Assembly: GCA_964525315.1 (NCBI GenBank)
Contig: CAZGGJ010000004.1
Location: 5,675 to 69,674 of the forward strand
Direction: 5' to 3'
From: an uncultured Candidatus Saccharibacteria bacterium
Lineage (GTDB): Bacteria; Patescibacteriota; Saccharimonadia; Saccharimonadales; Saccharimonadaceae
DNA length: 64,000 nt
In this document: in pieces, positions 1-10,245 of the stretch
How positions within the stretch are numbered: position 1 is the stretch's first letter
Layout of the letters: the number at the start of each line of letters is the position of its first letter
The notes under the pieces: model-generated
What the model was told of the DNA's origin: nothing
Databases searched by the model: none
The model's input: the letters and a program-made list of their open reading frames with translations, nothing else
Program-made: the position numbers and the translations under genes

Positions 1-1
1 A

Positions 2-655
2 GACAATGTGGTGATTCGCGATACGGAGATAGACGGACGTGACCTAAGCGGTGTCCGTCAATGCGCTAGTTCGTTTGGTTGGAACGGTTCCGGCACCTAT
101 CCAAATATTATGTTTGCACAAAATGCAAAAGTGCTTCGCACCTATTGCCACCATGGTCTCGCTGGGATGCCAACATTTTGGGAAACGCAAACTATCTATA
201 CCGAAGATTTATGGTCGTTTAGTACAGCCAGTGCGAGCGGTAATTTATCGGGACACTGTATTAATCATGAACAGTGCAAAGGGCCGGTCACTCATGTCCG
301 TCCGCGGATGTTTGTGTTTAATGCGCAATCGGCAAGTACGGCACCGCCCTCTCCGTTACCAGATGATACGCGTACCACCAATAGCGGGTTTCATTTCTCT
401 TTGTTTACGACAATCGACGATATCGGGGCAACTACCACCATCATTGAGCCGGTTTGGGATAAGGCATATACCGGCTCGGGCCTGCTTATTATGGCGGGGT
501 ATGATGGCTACAATGGCGGTGGCAGTGGTGGTACGAGCGCGCTTGTCACCGCCCCGACGATTGTCAAAAATGGCGTGACGCTACAGGTATACAATCACCC
601 AACAAGCGGGTGGAATACCGCCGACCCGGCGACGCGATTCGCGTGGTTGCACTAG
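2..655 (+). CDS. 3' part of a gene truncated by the window start; unknown surface-type protein
   Basis: Frame is open from nt 2 (DNVVIRDTEIDGRD...) to the TAG at 653-655. The track ORF 8..655 begins at an internal GTG. Same strand and tight spacing with the following island genes. Confidence 0.45.
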   Translation, partial: DNVVIRDTEIDGRDLSGVRQCASSFGWNGSGTYPNIMFAQNAKVLRTYCHHGLAGMPTFWETQTIYTEDLWSFSTASASGNLSGHCINHEQCKGPVTHVRPRMFVFNAQSASTAPPSPLPDDTRTTNSGFHFSLFTTIDDIGATTTIIEPVWDKAYTGSGLLIMAGYDGYNGGGSGGTSALVTAPTIVKNGVTLQVYNHPTSGWNTADPATRFAWLH

Positions 656-718
656 GGAGAAATGGTGTGAAATATAGCAAGAACGGGGTCTACGCTAGCA
701 ACCGACAGGAGAAAGAAC

Positions 719-1771
719 ATGTCTATTAGCGCAAGAAGGTTATCTCGAGCTACAGCGCCTGAAGTAGACGATTTCATTCTTGGCGTCACGATTCCGGTGC
801 CGGGTGTGAACGTCGGCGTATATAGTGGTGTTGCGCGTACAACCTATAGCGGCCCGACGACGATTACGACGAATGGCACGACTATCCAGAACCAAAACAT
901 TACGCAGTATATCGACGTCAATGCCAAAGATGTCACATTTATAAACTGCTCCTTCTCGGCCGGCGGAGACCTATCGACGGGAGGCATGGTAAACTGTAAG
1001 TCAGCTACCTGCGAAAATATTCGTTTCTATCGCTGTACATTCATGCCAGCTACGATGAGCGACCGCCGAGACGCGGTCTACGGACACGACTATACGGCAG
1101 AACGCTGCCATATCGAGCGCACGGTTGACGGCTTTGCGGTCGCAAATCAGTACGCCGCAGCCGCCAATGTACACCTGCTTGGTAACTGGATTGGTAATCT
1201 CGCATGGTACAACGATGACCGCCAGGGCCAAGGCAACGGCGGGCATAACGATGGTACGCATAACGATGGCGTTCAAATCCACAGCGGCACGAATATTCAT
1301 ATCCAGGGCAACGCCTTTTATGGCTACAAGTTCAACGCGCTTGGCACGCCAGCACTAGATAGTTCTGCCGATAATCGCCATCCACAAATTGGTCAGATAC
1401 TGATGGCCAGTACGGCAGCGTATTATCACGTGGGCGATGTGCACTTCAATAGCAATTTCATATGGGGTGGAGACAATGGCGTCAAGACGTCGTCCAAGTG
1501 TTCTATTCATAACTCCTCAGATGCTGCGTTCGACCTGGAGTGCCGCAACAATACGTGGATGGACGACAACCAGCGTGACTACGGCTATACCTGGAAATTC
1601 TATCTTATCCGCACCGATAACCTAATGACTATTAACGGGCGCGGCCCTTTCACAACGTCGCCCGGGTCAGCAACCTACGACCTGGATGGCAACAAATGGT
1701 CGGCTACTTCGCCCGATGTCAGCCCAGCGCGGCGCGGCGCGGCAGTGTTTGTCCGGGCTGACCCCGCTTAG
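719..1771 (+). CDS. right-handed beta-helix (pectate-lyase-superfamily-like) protein with N-terminal ARRL tag
   Basis: 350-aa ORF. N-terminus is MSISARRLSRA. Beta-helix-type repeats are present (NITQYIDVNAKDVTFINCSF, HNDGTHNDGVQIHSGTNIHIQGNAF). No hydrophobic signal segment. Confidence 0.6.
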   Translation: MSISARRLSRATAPEVDDFILGVTIPVPGVNVGVYSGVARTTYSGPTTITTNGTTIQNQNITQYIDVNAKDVTFINCSFSAGGDLSTGGMVNCKSATCENIRFYRCTFMPATMSDRRDAVYGHDYTAERCHIERTVDGFAVANQYAAAANVHLLGNWIGNLAWYNDDRQGQGNGGHNDGTHNDGVQIHSGTNIHIQGNAFYGYKFNALGTPALDSSADNRHPQIGQILMASTAAYYHVGDVHFNSNFIWGGDNGVKTSSKCSIHNSSDAAFDLECRNNTWMDDNQRDYGYTWKFYLIRTDNLMTINGRGPFTTSPGSATYDLDGNKWSATSPDVSPARRGAAVFVRADPA

Positions 1772-1835
1772 TTTGGCGATAAAATAACGGTTCTGTATAA
1801 TAAACCATAAGTATCTATAGGAGGAAAGTAATCTA

Positions 1836-3050
1836 ATGGGAAGTCCAGGAGTAGGCGGGTCGCTCAGTGCAGCAAGTGACGTAGCGTTTAGTAGTCCTAC
1901 GAACGGACAAGTGATTACGCGTAGTGGTGGGTATTGGGTGAATGCAGACTCAGCTGGCGGTACGGCCGCTGCGACGAGCATTTTACAGATTGATGATTTT
2001 CCTGGTGCCAACGACAATGCCAAGCATGTCGCTGCGTGGGATGCTGCCAGGAATGCGACCCGCAAGCCGATATTACAGTATCCGGCGCGGACCTTTGGGC
2101 CGCTGACGACGCCAATCGCGGCGTTTTCGGGCATGCGGGCAATCGGACCGGACGCCAATGGAAGTGACGGGCCGAAAAACCAAGAAATTGGCGGCGGCAA
2201 CCTCGTGCCGCATAGAGTTAATGTGAACTGCGGCACGGGTACGTCAGCCTTGTTTGTCCAGTCCAGTACTATCCAGGAAGTTATTTTCGCCAACATTTCA
2301 TTTTCTGGCTCGTCCGGCTCGCAGTGGTGGCACAATGTCAACGGTAGTTCGTACTCGATTTATCCGGGGCTGTTTCATTCGCTATCGTTTGATGGGTTCA
2401 ATTCGGTCCTCGGCAACGCCGCGCAGAAGTTTACCGCCACCCAGGTCGTGTTCTCTGGGCACTGGACGGTGCTGAACTACCAGCTGACGCCGCTGCATAT
2501 CGGCGGGTCGGACAACTCGCTGTGGATGTCGGGGTATCTTAATTCCAACTCACCCGCAGGCGTGAGCGGCAATGGTAATCCTATCATTCACTTTGACTAC
2601 CTCGAGAAGTCTAATATCGGCTATATGTTTATTACCGCCGAAAACGATTGGCTAGGGATGCGCGTATCAGGGCCTATCGCTCGCGCTATAAGCGTATACG
2701 GCGGTACGTTTGAGGGTAGGGCCACTGGCAACCCGGCGACTCGGCCAGTGATTGATATCGCTGGCGGGCATGTCACGATGTATAGCCCGGATATCGGCTA
2801 TGTGACGACGGCCAATGGCGCGATTACCCAGTCCGCTGGCGTCTTGGAATGCTATAGTCCACACTACCGCAAAGCATCGGCTGCAGCTGCAACCTTCCCG
2901 ATGCTCTATCAGACTGGCGGCATTGCTCATATTACGCGGCCACTCAGCGCGGATGGCAATGCAATTCGCATTCGCTGGAAGGATGCAGCACTTGGTACTC
3001 AGGATGAGGATATCCCCTATCCCACAGGCAATAGCCGGGAGACCTGGTAA
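1836..3050 (+). CDS. MGSPGVGGSLSAASDVAFS-family protein (tail-fibre/tailspike-like), paralog of 12318..13568
   Basis: 404-aa ORF with RBS AGGAGGA at 1819-1825. The N-terminal about 40 aa are nearly identical to the 12318 product. Shared blocks include FSGHWT..N, GGSDN/GGADC..LW..GY and G.LN.N. Confidence 0.6.
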   Translation: MGSPGVGGSLSAASDVAFSSPTNGQVITRSGGYWVNADSAGGTAAATSILQIDDFPGANDNAKHVAAWDAARNATRKPILQYPARTFGPLTTPIAAFSGMRAIGPDANGSDGPKNQEIGGGNLVPHRVNVNCGTGTSALFVQSSTIQEVIFANISFSGSSGSQWWHNVNGSSYSIYPGLFHSLSFDGFNSVLGNAAQKFTATQVVFSGHWTVLNYQLTPLHIGGSDNSLWMSGYLNSNSPAGVSGNGNPIIHFDYLEKSNIGYMFITAENDWLGMRVSGPIARAISVYGGTFEGRATGNPATRPVIDIAGGHVTMYSPDIGYVTTANGAITQSAGVLECYSPHYRKASAAAATFPMLYQTGGIAHITRPLSADGNAIRIRWKDAALGTQDEDIPYPTGNSRETW

Positions 3051-5642
3051 ATGTCGCGATTTGTTCAGCGCCTGATGCGTGTCGCACACCCACCTGTGAC
3101 GCCGCCTGGCGGAACGAGCCCGACAGCTGATGCCGGCTCAGTGCCGGTCGGTACCGCGAGCTACACGGTGCCGGGCGATGCGATATATGTCGCGACGACT
3201 GGAAACGACACAACCGGCACCGGTGCTGCCGGGTCGCCATACCGGACACTGGCCAAAGGCATTTCGTCGGCCACAGCTGGCAAGACGATTGTTATGCGCG
3301 CTGGTACGTACCACGAAGGCGGCAGCAACCATACATCGGCTATCGGCCTAACTGTTACAAAAAACAATCTCACGATTCAGAATTATCCTGGCGAGGCCGT
3401 ATGGTTCGACGGTTCAAGTACACAAACCGGCTGGACACAGTCCGGCAGCACCTGGTACATCCCATGGACCAAGCAGTTCGACCACAGCCCGACAGCCACG
3501 AGCGGAGCCAACGATGGGACCGATGCTGGCTGGAAATGGATTAACGATAACTACCCATGCGCGCCATTCCCTGAGCAAGTGTTTGTCGACGGCGTGCCGC
3601 TGACGCAGGTAGGCTCGCTCGGCGAGTGCGTGGCCGGTACGCTCTTTGTTGACGGCACGACAGCGGGCAACAAAATCTTTACGCCAACACGTCTCTACAT
3701 TGGCACGAATCCTGCTGGCAAGACGGTCAACGTCACCGACCTGCATGTCTTCCTGAACCTTGGCCAAGGCTACACTAACCTAACGATTCGCGGTATCGGT
3801 ATTCGCCGCTACGGCAATGCTTTGCCGCAGTATGCTGTGCTGCGCTTTGACGGCAATAACAACACGACCAACTCGCTACTCGAAAACGTCGTCATCGAAG
3901 ACACGGCCGGCATTAGCGCAACGTCGAACCAATGCCATGGCAATACCTTCCGTCATATCACAGTGCGCCGGGCTGGCTACCGGGCACTCGGCGGCTATCG
4001 CTCCGACAACCTGACGTTCGACAAAGTCCTTATCGAATACGCTAATACTGAGAATTTCAACTCTAGCCCTGATTCCGGCTGTATCAAGGTGACACAGTCG
4101 CAGCACGTGACGCTCAGTAATAGCATCCTCCGCGACAGCAAGTGCAAGGGTATGTGGTTTGATATGTCGGTGTATGACATGAACGTCTATAACAATGACT
4201 TTCTCCGTCTCAAAGATACCTGCGCGTTCTTCGAAATCAGCGGTACTGGCATCTGCGCCAACAACCTCTTTGTTGACTGTCCATCTGAAGCCATCAAGGT
4301 CAACAACACCGACAACATGCAGGTCTGGAACAATACCATCGTCAATTGCGGCGCGCTCAGTCAGCGATTGACGCCCGATACGTCCAATCTGGGCAATGGT
4401 GACCGCCGCCCATTGGCCGTCTACCAAGAAAGCCGCCGTCCGGCTAATACTTCGTACGGACTGGATGGCCGCTATCCGCTGGGTCACGCCATGTACACCA
4501 CGTACATGACTTGGCAAATCAACGACATCGACATTCACAACAACATCGTTACCGATACACCGGCCAATGCCTACGCGATATTCTGCATCGACGACCAGCA
4601 GGTGCAGTCAGGTGGCGCCAACCAGCTCCTAGCAAGCTATGGTGTTAATATGACAGCTAATGTCTTTCATTGGACAACCGCTCCGACCACTACTTTCCCG
4701 TATCCCTATATCTTCCCGCCAACTACTGTTGGCAGCTCGACACCGGTCGTGTACTCAACGCACGCAGCGATGCGTTCGGCCACGTCGCTTAATGCAAATG
4801 GTGTCGAAATCAACGCCAAGGGTTCGGGCACGTCTAACGCATCACCAATCGATGCCAACTATGCAGTCACGACAGCCCAAGCGGCGCTTCATACGAGTGC
4901 CACCGCACTCAGCGGCACTATCGCAGCGCTTATCGGACAGTCAGCCGGTGCCAAACATGCGGGTGCTTGGCGCGGTGAAACCGAGACACCACCCAGTGAA
5001 GTACGAGAGATAGGCTGGATTGGCGACTCGCTGACGTACCAAGATAGTGGCAACGGACAGACGGCTATCAAGAATCTTCTCGTTGCCGGAGGATGGCAGA
5101 ATACCAATAGCACTCGTGTCGATGGGCTGGTTGGCCGGTCGATTATCAATGGCGTCGCTCCGTATATTCCGAGTTCACAGACGGTGATAGACACCTGGCG
5201 GGCGGATGGATTCAATCCGCGAACCTGGTGTTTTGCGCTGGTGACGAATGACGAGTGGGACACCGATAGCGGCTGGACGAATAAAGTCAACACGCTACTC
5301 GCCAAAGTAAAGGAAGTGCCACATAGTAGTGGTTTGCCATATCGCATCTTCTGGGTCGGCGGACCTATCTATCGGCAAGATATCGCCGATGCTAATAGTC
5401 CGACGTATGCCAACCGCGCTACAAGGTTCGCGGCCGTCATGGCATCGATTCGTACTGCGCAACTGGCGGGCGGGCAGATTGGCGAAATGACCTATATCGA
5501 CTTCCCGGCGCTTTATCGCAATGGCAGGGACGAAACCGGACACTGGCAATCAGGCGACTCAACCGGCCGCCACATGACTGCCACCGGCTACGGGGTTCGC
5601 AATACACTCACCGTACCCTTGGTCACGCCGCCGGGCAATTAG
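3051..5642 (+). CDS. large beta-helix (DUF1565/pectate-lyase-like) protein fused to a C-terminal SGNH/GDSL hydrolase domain; ARRL-type tag variant
   Basis: 863-aa ORF abutting the stop of the previous gene. N-terminus is MSRFVQRLMRV. The signature GTASYTVPG.AIYVATTGNDT..G....PYRTL...., TIVMRAGTYHEG, LTIQNYPGEAVWFDGS and IRGIGIRRYG is shared with the 22686, 24688, 27584 and 39604 products. GDSL block I (IGWIGDSLTYQDSG) has GDS at nt 5022-5030. Confidence 0.7.
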   Translation: MSRFVQRLMRVAHPPVTPPGGTSPTADAGSVPVGTASYTVPGDAIYVATTGNDTTGTGAAGSPYRTLAKGISSATAGKTIVMRAGTYHEGGSNHTSAIGLTVTKNNLTIQNYPGEAVWFDGSSTQTGWTQSGSTWYIPWTKQFDHSPTATSGANDGTDAGWKWINDNYPCAPFPEQVFVDGVPLTQVGSLGECVAGTLFVDGTTAGNKIFTPTRLYIGTNPAGKTVNVTDLHVFLNLGQGYTNLTIRGIGIRRYGNALPQYAVLRFDGNNNTTNSLLENVVIEDTAGISATSNQCHGNTFRHITVRRAGYRALGGYRSDNLTFDKVLIEYANTENFNSSPDSGCIKVTQSQHVTLSNSILRDSKCKGMWFDMSVYDMNVYNNDFLRLKDTCAFFEISGTGICANNLFVDCPSEAIKVNNTDNMQVWNNTIVNCGALSQRLTPDTSNLGNGDRRPLAVYQESRRPANTSYGLDGRYPLGHAMYTTYMTWQINDIDIHNNIVTDTPANAYAIFCIDDQQVQSGGANQLLASYGVNMTANVFHWTTAPTTTFPYPYIFPPTTVGSSTPVVYSTHAAMRSATSLNANGVEINAKGSGTSNASPIDANYAVTTAQAALHTSATALSGTIAALIGQSAGAKHAGAWRGETETPPSEVREIGWIGDSLTYQDSGNGQTAIKNLLVAGGWQNTNSTRVDGLVGRSIINGVAPYIPSSQTVIDTWRADGFNPRTWCFALVTNDEWDTDSGWTNKVNTLLAKVKEVPHSSGLPYRIFWVGGPIYRQDIADANSPTYANRATRFAAVMASIRTAQLAGGQIGEMTYIDFPALYRNGRDETGHWQSGDSTGRHMTATGYGVRNTLTVPLVTPPGN

Positions 5643-5671
5643 GCAACCGTCGTTACAGCAGAAAGGACACT

Positions 5672-6454
5672 ATGCTTGCCAGAAGACTACAACGAGCGGC
5701 GACTGCATCTACGCCTGAAGAGCCGGGCGGATTCGTGCCGAACCTCATAAATAACCCGCACCTGGGCGGCTATCCTGATGCCACGAATACCGGTGTGCCG
5801 GCAGGCGTCACACTCACTAACAGCGGACCTATCACCGTTACTACCAACGGTGCCGTTATCCAAAACCTCAATATCGTCAACGGCAATATCACTGTCAATG
5901 CCAACAACGTAACGATTCGCAACTGCCGCATCACTACCTATGACTATTATCCGATTGACAATGGCGGTACGAACCTCTTGGTCGAAGACTGCGAAATTAC
6001 CGGCACTGACCCGAATGTGGCGGCAGCAATTAGTTTTTCTAATTACACCGCTCGGCGTGTCCATGCAAAGGGCAGTGCCGATGGCTTCAAGGCCAATGCC
6101 AACTGTGTAATTGAGGATTGCTACATCCATGACCTGGCTGTCACGCAAGATTCGCACAACGACGGCATCCAGTCAACCGGTGGCGATAACGTGACCGTAC
6201 GGCACAATACTATCGATACCAATACCGACGGCGTCGCTATCCAGTTCGGTTCAAGTAATACCGGCTGGCTGGTGACGAACAACCTGGTGCGTGCCACTGG
6301 CTGGGCATTCAACGGCGGCAGCGGCACATCGAACTGTACGTTTACGAACAACCGCTTCGCCCGCGTGTCTGGCTGGTACGGCCCTGCCTCCTTGGGCGGC
6401 TCCGGCAACACCTGGAGCGGCAATATCTATGATGATACGGGCAGCCCAGCCTAG
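5672..6454 (+). CDS. small right-handed beta-helix protein with shortened ARRL tag
   Basis: 260-aa ORF. N-terminus is MLARRLQRAA. Motifs: GAVIQNLNIVNGNITVNANNVTIRNCRIT, DCEITG, HNDGIQSTGGDNVTVRHNTI. Confidence 0.6.
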   Translation: MLARRLQRAATASTPEEPGGFVPNLINNPHLGGYPDATNTGVPAGVTLTNSGPITVTTNGAVIQNLNIVNGNITVNANNVTIRNCRITTYDYYPIDNGGTNLLVEDCEITGTDPNVAAAISFSNYTARRVHAKGSADGFKANANCVIEDCYIHDLAVTQDSHNDGIQSTGGDNVTVRHNTIDTNTDGVAIQFGSSNTGWLVTNNLVRATGWAFNGGSGTSNCTFTNNRFARVSGWYGPASLGGSGNTWSGNIYDDTGSPA

Positions 6455-6456
6455 CA

Positions 6457-6480
6457 GTGTAAACTTTATAAAGTTTACAC
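6457..6480 (+). terminator. perfect 24-nt palindrome (GTGTAAACTTTA/TAAAGTTTACAC), possible terminator or insulator before poly-G promoter P1
   Basis: Lies 3 nt after the stop of 5672..6454 and 28 nt before the -35 of P1. It can form a 10-bp stem with a TATA loop. There is no U-run, so intrinsic-terminator function is uncertain. Confidence 0.4.
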
Positions 6481-6507
6481 ACGCCGATACCTACAACTAG
6501 TTTCTCC

Positions 6508-6540
6508 TTGACAACCCCGCATGGGGGGGGGGGGTACCAT
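6508..6540 (+). promoter_or_regulatory. poly-G spacer promoter P1: TTGACA-9nt-G12-TACCAT (spacer 21)
   Basis: TTGACA is at 6508-6513, the G12 run at 6523-6534 and TACCAT at 6535-6540. The conserved leader AGAAGTAACATAACC follows. The start codon lies 38 nt downstream. Confidence 0.65.
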
Positions 6541-6578
6541 AGAAGTAACATAACCACAAGCATCTATGGAGTAGCCAC

Positions 6579-7415
6579 ATGCCACGATTACCACAACCAG
6601 GAGGAGACCAAGGTAACTGGGGCCGAATTCTCAACGACTACCTCTCCCAGGCTCACAAATCAGACGGAACCCTAAAGGACAATATTGTCTCGGCCCCTTC
6701 CATTACTAACAACACCATTACCGAAGACAAGCTTGATACGGCTGTCCGTTCCAAGCTCAATAGCGGTGGTGGTACACAAGGAGCAACTGGACCACAAGGT
6801 CCGCAGGGTGTGCAGGGGCCGGCAGGTATCGCGGGCCAAATGGGTGCGACGGGTCCGCAAGGCCCAGCTGGCGCACAAGGCCCTGCAGGCTCTGTTGGCG
6901 CAACCGGGGCGACCGGTGTTGGTACTCCTGGGGCGACGGGTGCGACAGGTCCACAGGGTAATCAAGGTTCCGCTGGGCCTCAGGGCGCCACTGGTCCTCA
7001 GGGGTCGGCAGGAGTAGTCGGTGCAACTGGGCCAACTGGGACTGCAGGTGCTTCTGGTGCAACTGGTCCTCAAGGGGCCACTGGTCCTGCTGGCGTCGAT
7101 GCCGATGCACTTATTCCTACGAATATACAAACCGGCTCATACACACTTGTTCTTGCCGATGCCGGTAAAGCGATTGACGTCAACTCGGCGTCAGCCACCA
7201 CTATGACTGTTCCGCCAAATGCCAGTGTGGCCTTCCCAGTCGGTACGGTTATAGAAGTGTGTCGTTATGGTACGGGCACTGTTGCCGTCGCCGCCGGGGC
7301 GGGTGTGACGATTCGGTCGCGTGGTTCGTTGATGTCTATCGCGGCTCAGTATAGTTCGGTATCGCTACGCAAGCGGGCGATTGATGAATGGATACTAGTC
7401 GGAGACCTTAGCTAA
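6579..7415 (+). CDS. collagen-like (Gly-X-Y) fibre protein, short form
   Basis: 278-aa ORF with RBS GGAG. N-terminus is [23 protein letters not shown]. Aa 65-172 are about 36 Gly-X-Y triplets. The globular C-terminal domain is shared with the 13722 product. Confidence 0.8.
   Translation: MPRLPQPGGDQGNWGRILNDYLSQAHKSDGTLKDNIVSAPSITNNTITEDKLDTAVRSKLNSGGGTQGATGPQGPQGVQGPAGIAGQMGATGPQGPAGAQGPAGSVGATGATGVGTPGATGATGPQGNQGSAGPQGATGPQGSAGVVGATGPTGTAGASGATGPQGATGPAGVDADALIPTNIQTGSYTLVLADAGKAIDVNSASATTMTVPPNASVAFPVGTVIEVCRYGTGTVAVAAGAGVTIRSRGSLMSIAAQYSSVSLRKRAIDEWILVGDLS
6771..7094 (+). repeat. Gly-X-Y triplet-repeat coding region
   Basis: GGN-NNN-NNN periodicity ([16 protein letters not shown]...). 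It generates spurious long ORFs in the other five frames. Confidence 0.85.
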
Positions 7416-7771
7416 TGGCAGCAGTACATCATATTGCACGGCGTGGCCAGATGCAGTATCCTACCATCGCACAGGCTATGGTACAGGCTCATTACCGAGT
7501 GAATCTCGGTAATGTTGCGAGCTCACACCGCTTCCGTGCTCGCTCAACTGACCGCACTGAGCTAGTTATCGTCAACAATTCCGGTGGCGAGCTTCAGCTT
7601 GGCTCGCGTACTACCGATAACCCTGACTATAACTCGCCTTCAACATGGCCTTACACGGTACCAGATGGGAGTGAAGCCGTTATCACTGGCGATACACTGC
7701 AGTGGTACGCGCGCCGAACTGACGGCACCGGAGATATTTTTGTCGATGTGTATGTCAAGGAGATTGCGTAA
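7415..7771 (+). CDS. small conserved protein (118 aa), possible fibre accessory or chaperone
   Basis: The ATG overlaps the upstream stop (TAATG) and its own stop overlaps the next ATG (TAATG). Paralog of 14561..14917 (shared NSPSTWPY.VP.GSE.VIT.DT.QWYARR.DGT.D.FVDVYVKE.A). Confidence 0.6.
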   Translation: MAAVHHIARRGQMQYPTIAQAMVQAHYRVNLGNVASSHRFRARSTDRTELVIVNNSGGELQLGSRTTDNPDYNSPSTWPYTVPDGSEAVITGDTLQWYARRTDGTGDIFVDVYVKEIA

Positions 7772-8982
7772 TGGCCGTTACTGTTCGTTCTGCTCAGACA
7801 CGTAACCCCAGAGTATGGCTCGAAAACGTTACGACTGCAGCAAGTGATTATAAGCCGGTATATATGAGCCATGACCGCACCACCTTGTATGCGGTCAACG
7901 GTGGAGCGAATGACCGAACGCTTCACAAAAGCACCGACGACGGTGCTACCTGGACGGTTATCTTTACTGCTCCGCAGGCAAGCGAGAAGGTGACAGCATG
8001 TCTCGAGCTGTCAGATGGCAGGATGCTCGCGGCAACCTATCTTTTTGCCCAGCGACCACGACTTTATCGGTCAAGCCTTGCCGGCGGTGGCGGTACGTGG
8101 ACGCAAGTGTTTGAAAATAACGGTGTACTCAGTCAGCTCCATCCGTATTGGGGACTAACAGACCGGGGCTTCGATGGTAACGGCCACCTGTGGTTTAGCG
8201 AATATGGCGCACAGACCACTACTTCCGGTAGTCAGTCCGACAAAGCTCGGCGTATTTGGCGCAGTGTCGATGACGGCTCTTCGGCAACACCGATGTTCGA
8301 TATCATAACGTATGCTGAAACGGTGCGCGGTCTCACTGTCCCTGCTCAGACTGGCGGAGTGCATATGCACGCCGTTGCCTACGATAAGTGGGACGACCGA
8401 GTGTGGTTTACGATGGGAGATAACGTCGGTGCTGGTCCAGATATCGTTGTAGGCGGCCAGACAGGGACGAACGTTCAAATTGGTTATACTGATGATAGCT
8501 TTGCGACTGTGAACTGGTTGCCAGCTCCTACGTTCTGGGGAAATACGAAGGAGGCGCTGCAAGTGGTTGGCATCATGCCGCTTGAACATGCAGTTGTATT
8601 CAGCCCAGACGGAGTGGTGAATAGCCCGATTATTTTACCGCGCCGTGGCTACCGGACGTATGGCCCGCTCAAGGCTGGGTCGTATAACGGACTCCGTCAA
8701 GGCTATGGCTCGCTCGGCCAAGGCTTGTTCCAAGCCTGGAATCGTCCTGACCTTCCGGCATTAATGGCGATTGGCATGCCTGTGAGCAACTTCGGCCAGG
8801 CCGCAGCTGGATTATTCGCCGGCCTTGATGGCGGCTTGACGTGGGAGGAGTTGTACCGATTCACGACAGGAGCTCAAATTTCTGTTGGCGGCCTTGTCGG
8901 ACCGACAGTGAACGGCAAGGTTTTGACCAGCTTTAATGACGGTGCCGCCAAGCTGTTTATAGCAGACTTGGTTACGGCTTAG
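7771..8982 (+). CDS. BNR/Asp-box repeat beta-propeller (sialidase-like fold) protein
   Basis: 403-aa ORF. Asp-box motifs: KSTDDGATWT, RSVDDGSS, GLDGGLTWEE. Paralog of 14917..16113. The N-terminus MAVTVRSAQTR resembles a degenerate ARRL tag. Confidence 0.6.
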   Translation: MAVTVRSAQTRNPRVWLENVTTAASDYKPVYMSHDRTTLYAVNGGANDRTLHKSTDDGATWTVIFTAPQASEKVTACLELSDGRMLAATYLFAQRPRLYRSSLAGGGGTWTQVFENNGVLSQLHPYWGLTDRGFDGNGHLWFSEYGAQTTTSGSQSDKARRIWRSVDDGSSATPMFDIITYAETVRGLTVPAQTGGVHMHAVAYDKWDDRVWFTMGDNVGAGPDIVVGGQTGTNVQIGYTDDSFATVNWLPAPTFWGNTKEALQVVGIMPLEHAVVFSPDGVVNSPIILPRRGYRTYGPLKAGSYNGLRQGYGSLGQGLFQAWNRPDLPALMAIGMPVSNFGQAAAGLFAGLDGGLTWEELYRFTTGAQISVGGLVGPTVNGKVLTSFNDGAAKLFIADLVTA

Positions 8983-9001
8983 AAAACGGACAGAAGAACT
9001 A

Positions 9002-10225
9002 ATGGCAATTTCAGCACGACGATTACAGCGAGTACAGCAGAGACTGGCCTACCAAGGCACCAGTATTGGCCCCCTCGGCTATCGTATCGCCGAAATGTTC
9101 GGTGGTGACGGCAATGGTAGCTGGATTAATACGCCCATGCAGGCGAATACTGCGGTACATCCACTATCAAGTCAAGCCGTGGCTGATATTGTGCTGAATA
9201 TTCGTACACACAAGACGGGGCTACCGAGCCAGGTTGCGTGGCCAAGCTTTAGCTACAATAACTGGTCTGCCAGCCTGAACGTTGTCGACTCCGCCAGTAT
9301 GCCCCTTGTGCCAATTTTGGCGCGCGGTGGCAACGTCACGCAGTCATGGGCCTTTGCTACCCAGGCCATGATGTATGCAGGATTTCCGATACCAGATGGC
9401 CTAGAGCCGACAGATGATGGCGATGGTACTATCTACCTGTATGACCCTGACTGGAAGTGGGCCGGACGCCCAAACGACCCGCAATACCATGGAAGAATTT
9501 GGGAACTATGGGGTGCACGGTCACCAGCGCAGAATGCCGCTGATGGGTTGCCTGCGGTCTGGACGGCACTCCATGGCGGACGCATGACAGGTGTTAACAA
9601 TCGTCTTCACGCGCATATGATTCTACGGAATTCGGGGAGTGATGTGACGACACAAGCCATCCCAACTGCGTACGCACCCAAGGCACCCAACGACACCTCT
9701 AGTAATGCAGGGTACTGGGGGTACGGGCCGGATGGTGTGTACGAAAGCTCCACCTGGCTCGCGAGCGCATCACACCTTGCGATGTCTCATCACATTCTTC
9801 GTATTTCCGATATGGTCAACGGTGTTATTAAGCATCCGATGGGATTCTCGTTGTATCCTATGGTTCCTGGCTCCGAAGGTAGTAAGCCCCATGTTTGGCC
9901 AGCGACTGGTTACGACAGTGCGTCGCGCGAATGGCTTCGCCACGGCAACCGGCTGCGTCTGCCGGCTGGCTACACGGCCACCCCGCCACCGAGTATCCCA
10001 GCATCGTGGCATGCTCTATGGCATATGTTCGTAAACTGTTTCCGTGATTACGGCATCATCATGGTTGATACGACAGGCTCATCCTTTGGTATGCGTGGGG
10101 AGCCGGGGCTTGGTCCATACTTACCGTCTGGATGGGATAGTAAAATGTTTTTACAATCTCTCCCTTGGGAGGATATGCAAATGTTAGCCGTCGGTAATGA
10201 CAACGATTTTTATCCGCCTACGTAA
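9002..10225 (+). CDS. ARRL-tagged protein of unknown function, paralog of 45146..46360
   Basis: 407-aa ORF. N-terminus is MAISARRLQRVQQ. It shows long collinear similarity with the 45146 product (GPLGYRI.EMFGGDGNGSWINTPM, DGTI.LYDPDW.W.GRP.DPQY.GR..ELWGA.SP, VWPATGYD.ASR.W..HGNR.RLPA.YTAT). Confidence 0.55.
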   Translation: MAISARRLQRVQQRLAYQGTSIGPLGYRIAEMFGGDGNGSWINTPMQANTAVHPLSSQAVADIVLNIRTHKTGLPSQVAWPSFSYNNWSASLNVVDSASMPLVPILARGGNVTQSWAFATQAMMYAGFPIPDGLEPTDDGDGTIYLYDPDWKWAGRPNDPQYHGRIWELWGARSPAQNAADGLPAVWTALHGGRMTGVNNRLHAHMILRNSGSDVTTQAIPTAYAPKAPNDTSSNAGYWGYGPDGVYESSTWLASASHLAMSHHILRISDMVNGVIKHPMGFSLYPMVPGSEGSKPHVWPATGYDSASREWLRHGNRLRLPAGYTATPPPSIPASWHALWHMFVNCFRDYGIIMVDTTGSSFGMRGEPGLGPYLPSGWDSKMFLQSLPWEDMQMLAVGNDNDFYPPT

Positions 10226-10245
10226 TGAATAAGCCCCCGCCAGCG

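Noticed and set aside
6672-7130. Long ORFs on the opposite strand and in alternative frames across every collagen-like gene. Examples: 6672..7130(-), 10594..11151(-), 13731..14183(-), 17746..18408(-), 33240..33851(-), 33514..34020(+).
   Set aside because: They coincide exactly with the Gly-X-Y triplet repeat. Its GGN-CCN-rich periodic composition suppresses stop codons in all frames. Their products are low-complexity Arg/Ser/Thr/Pro strings with no start context.
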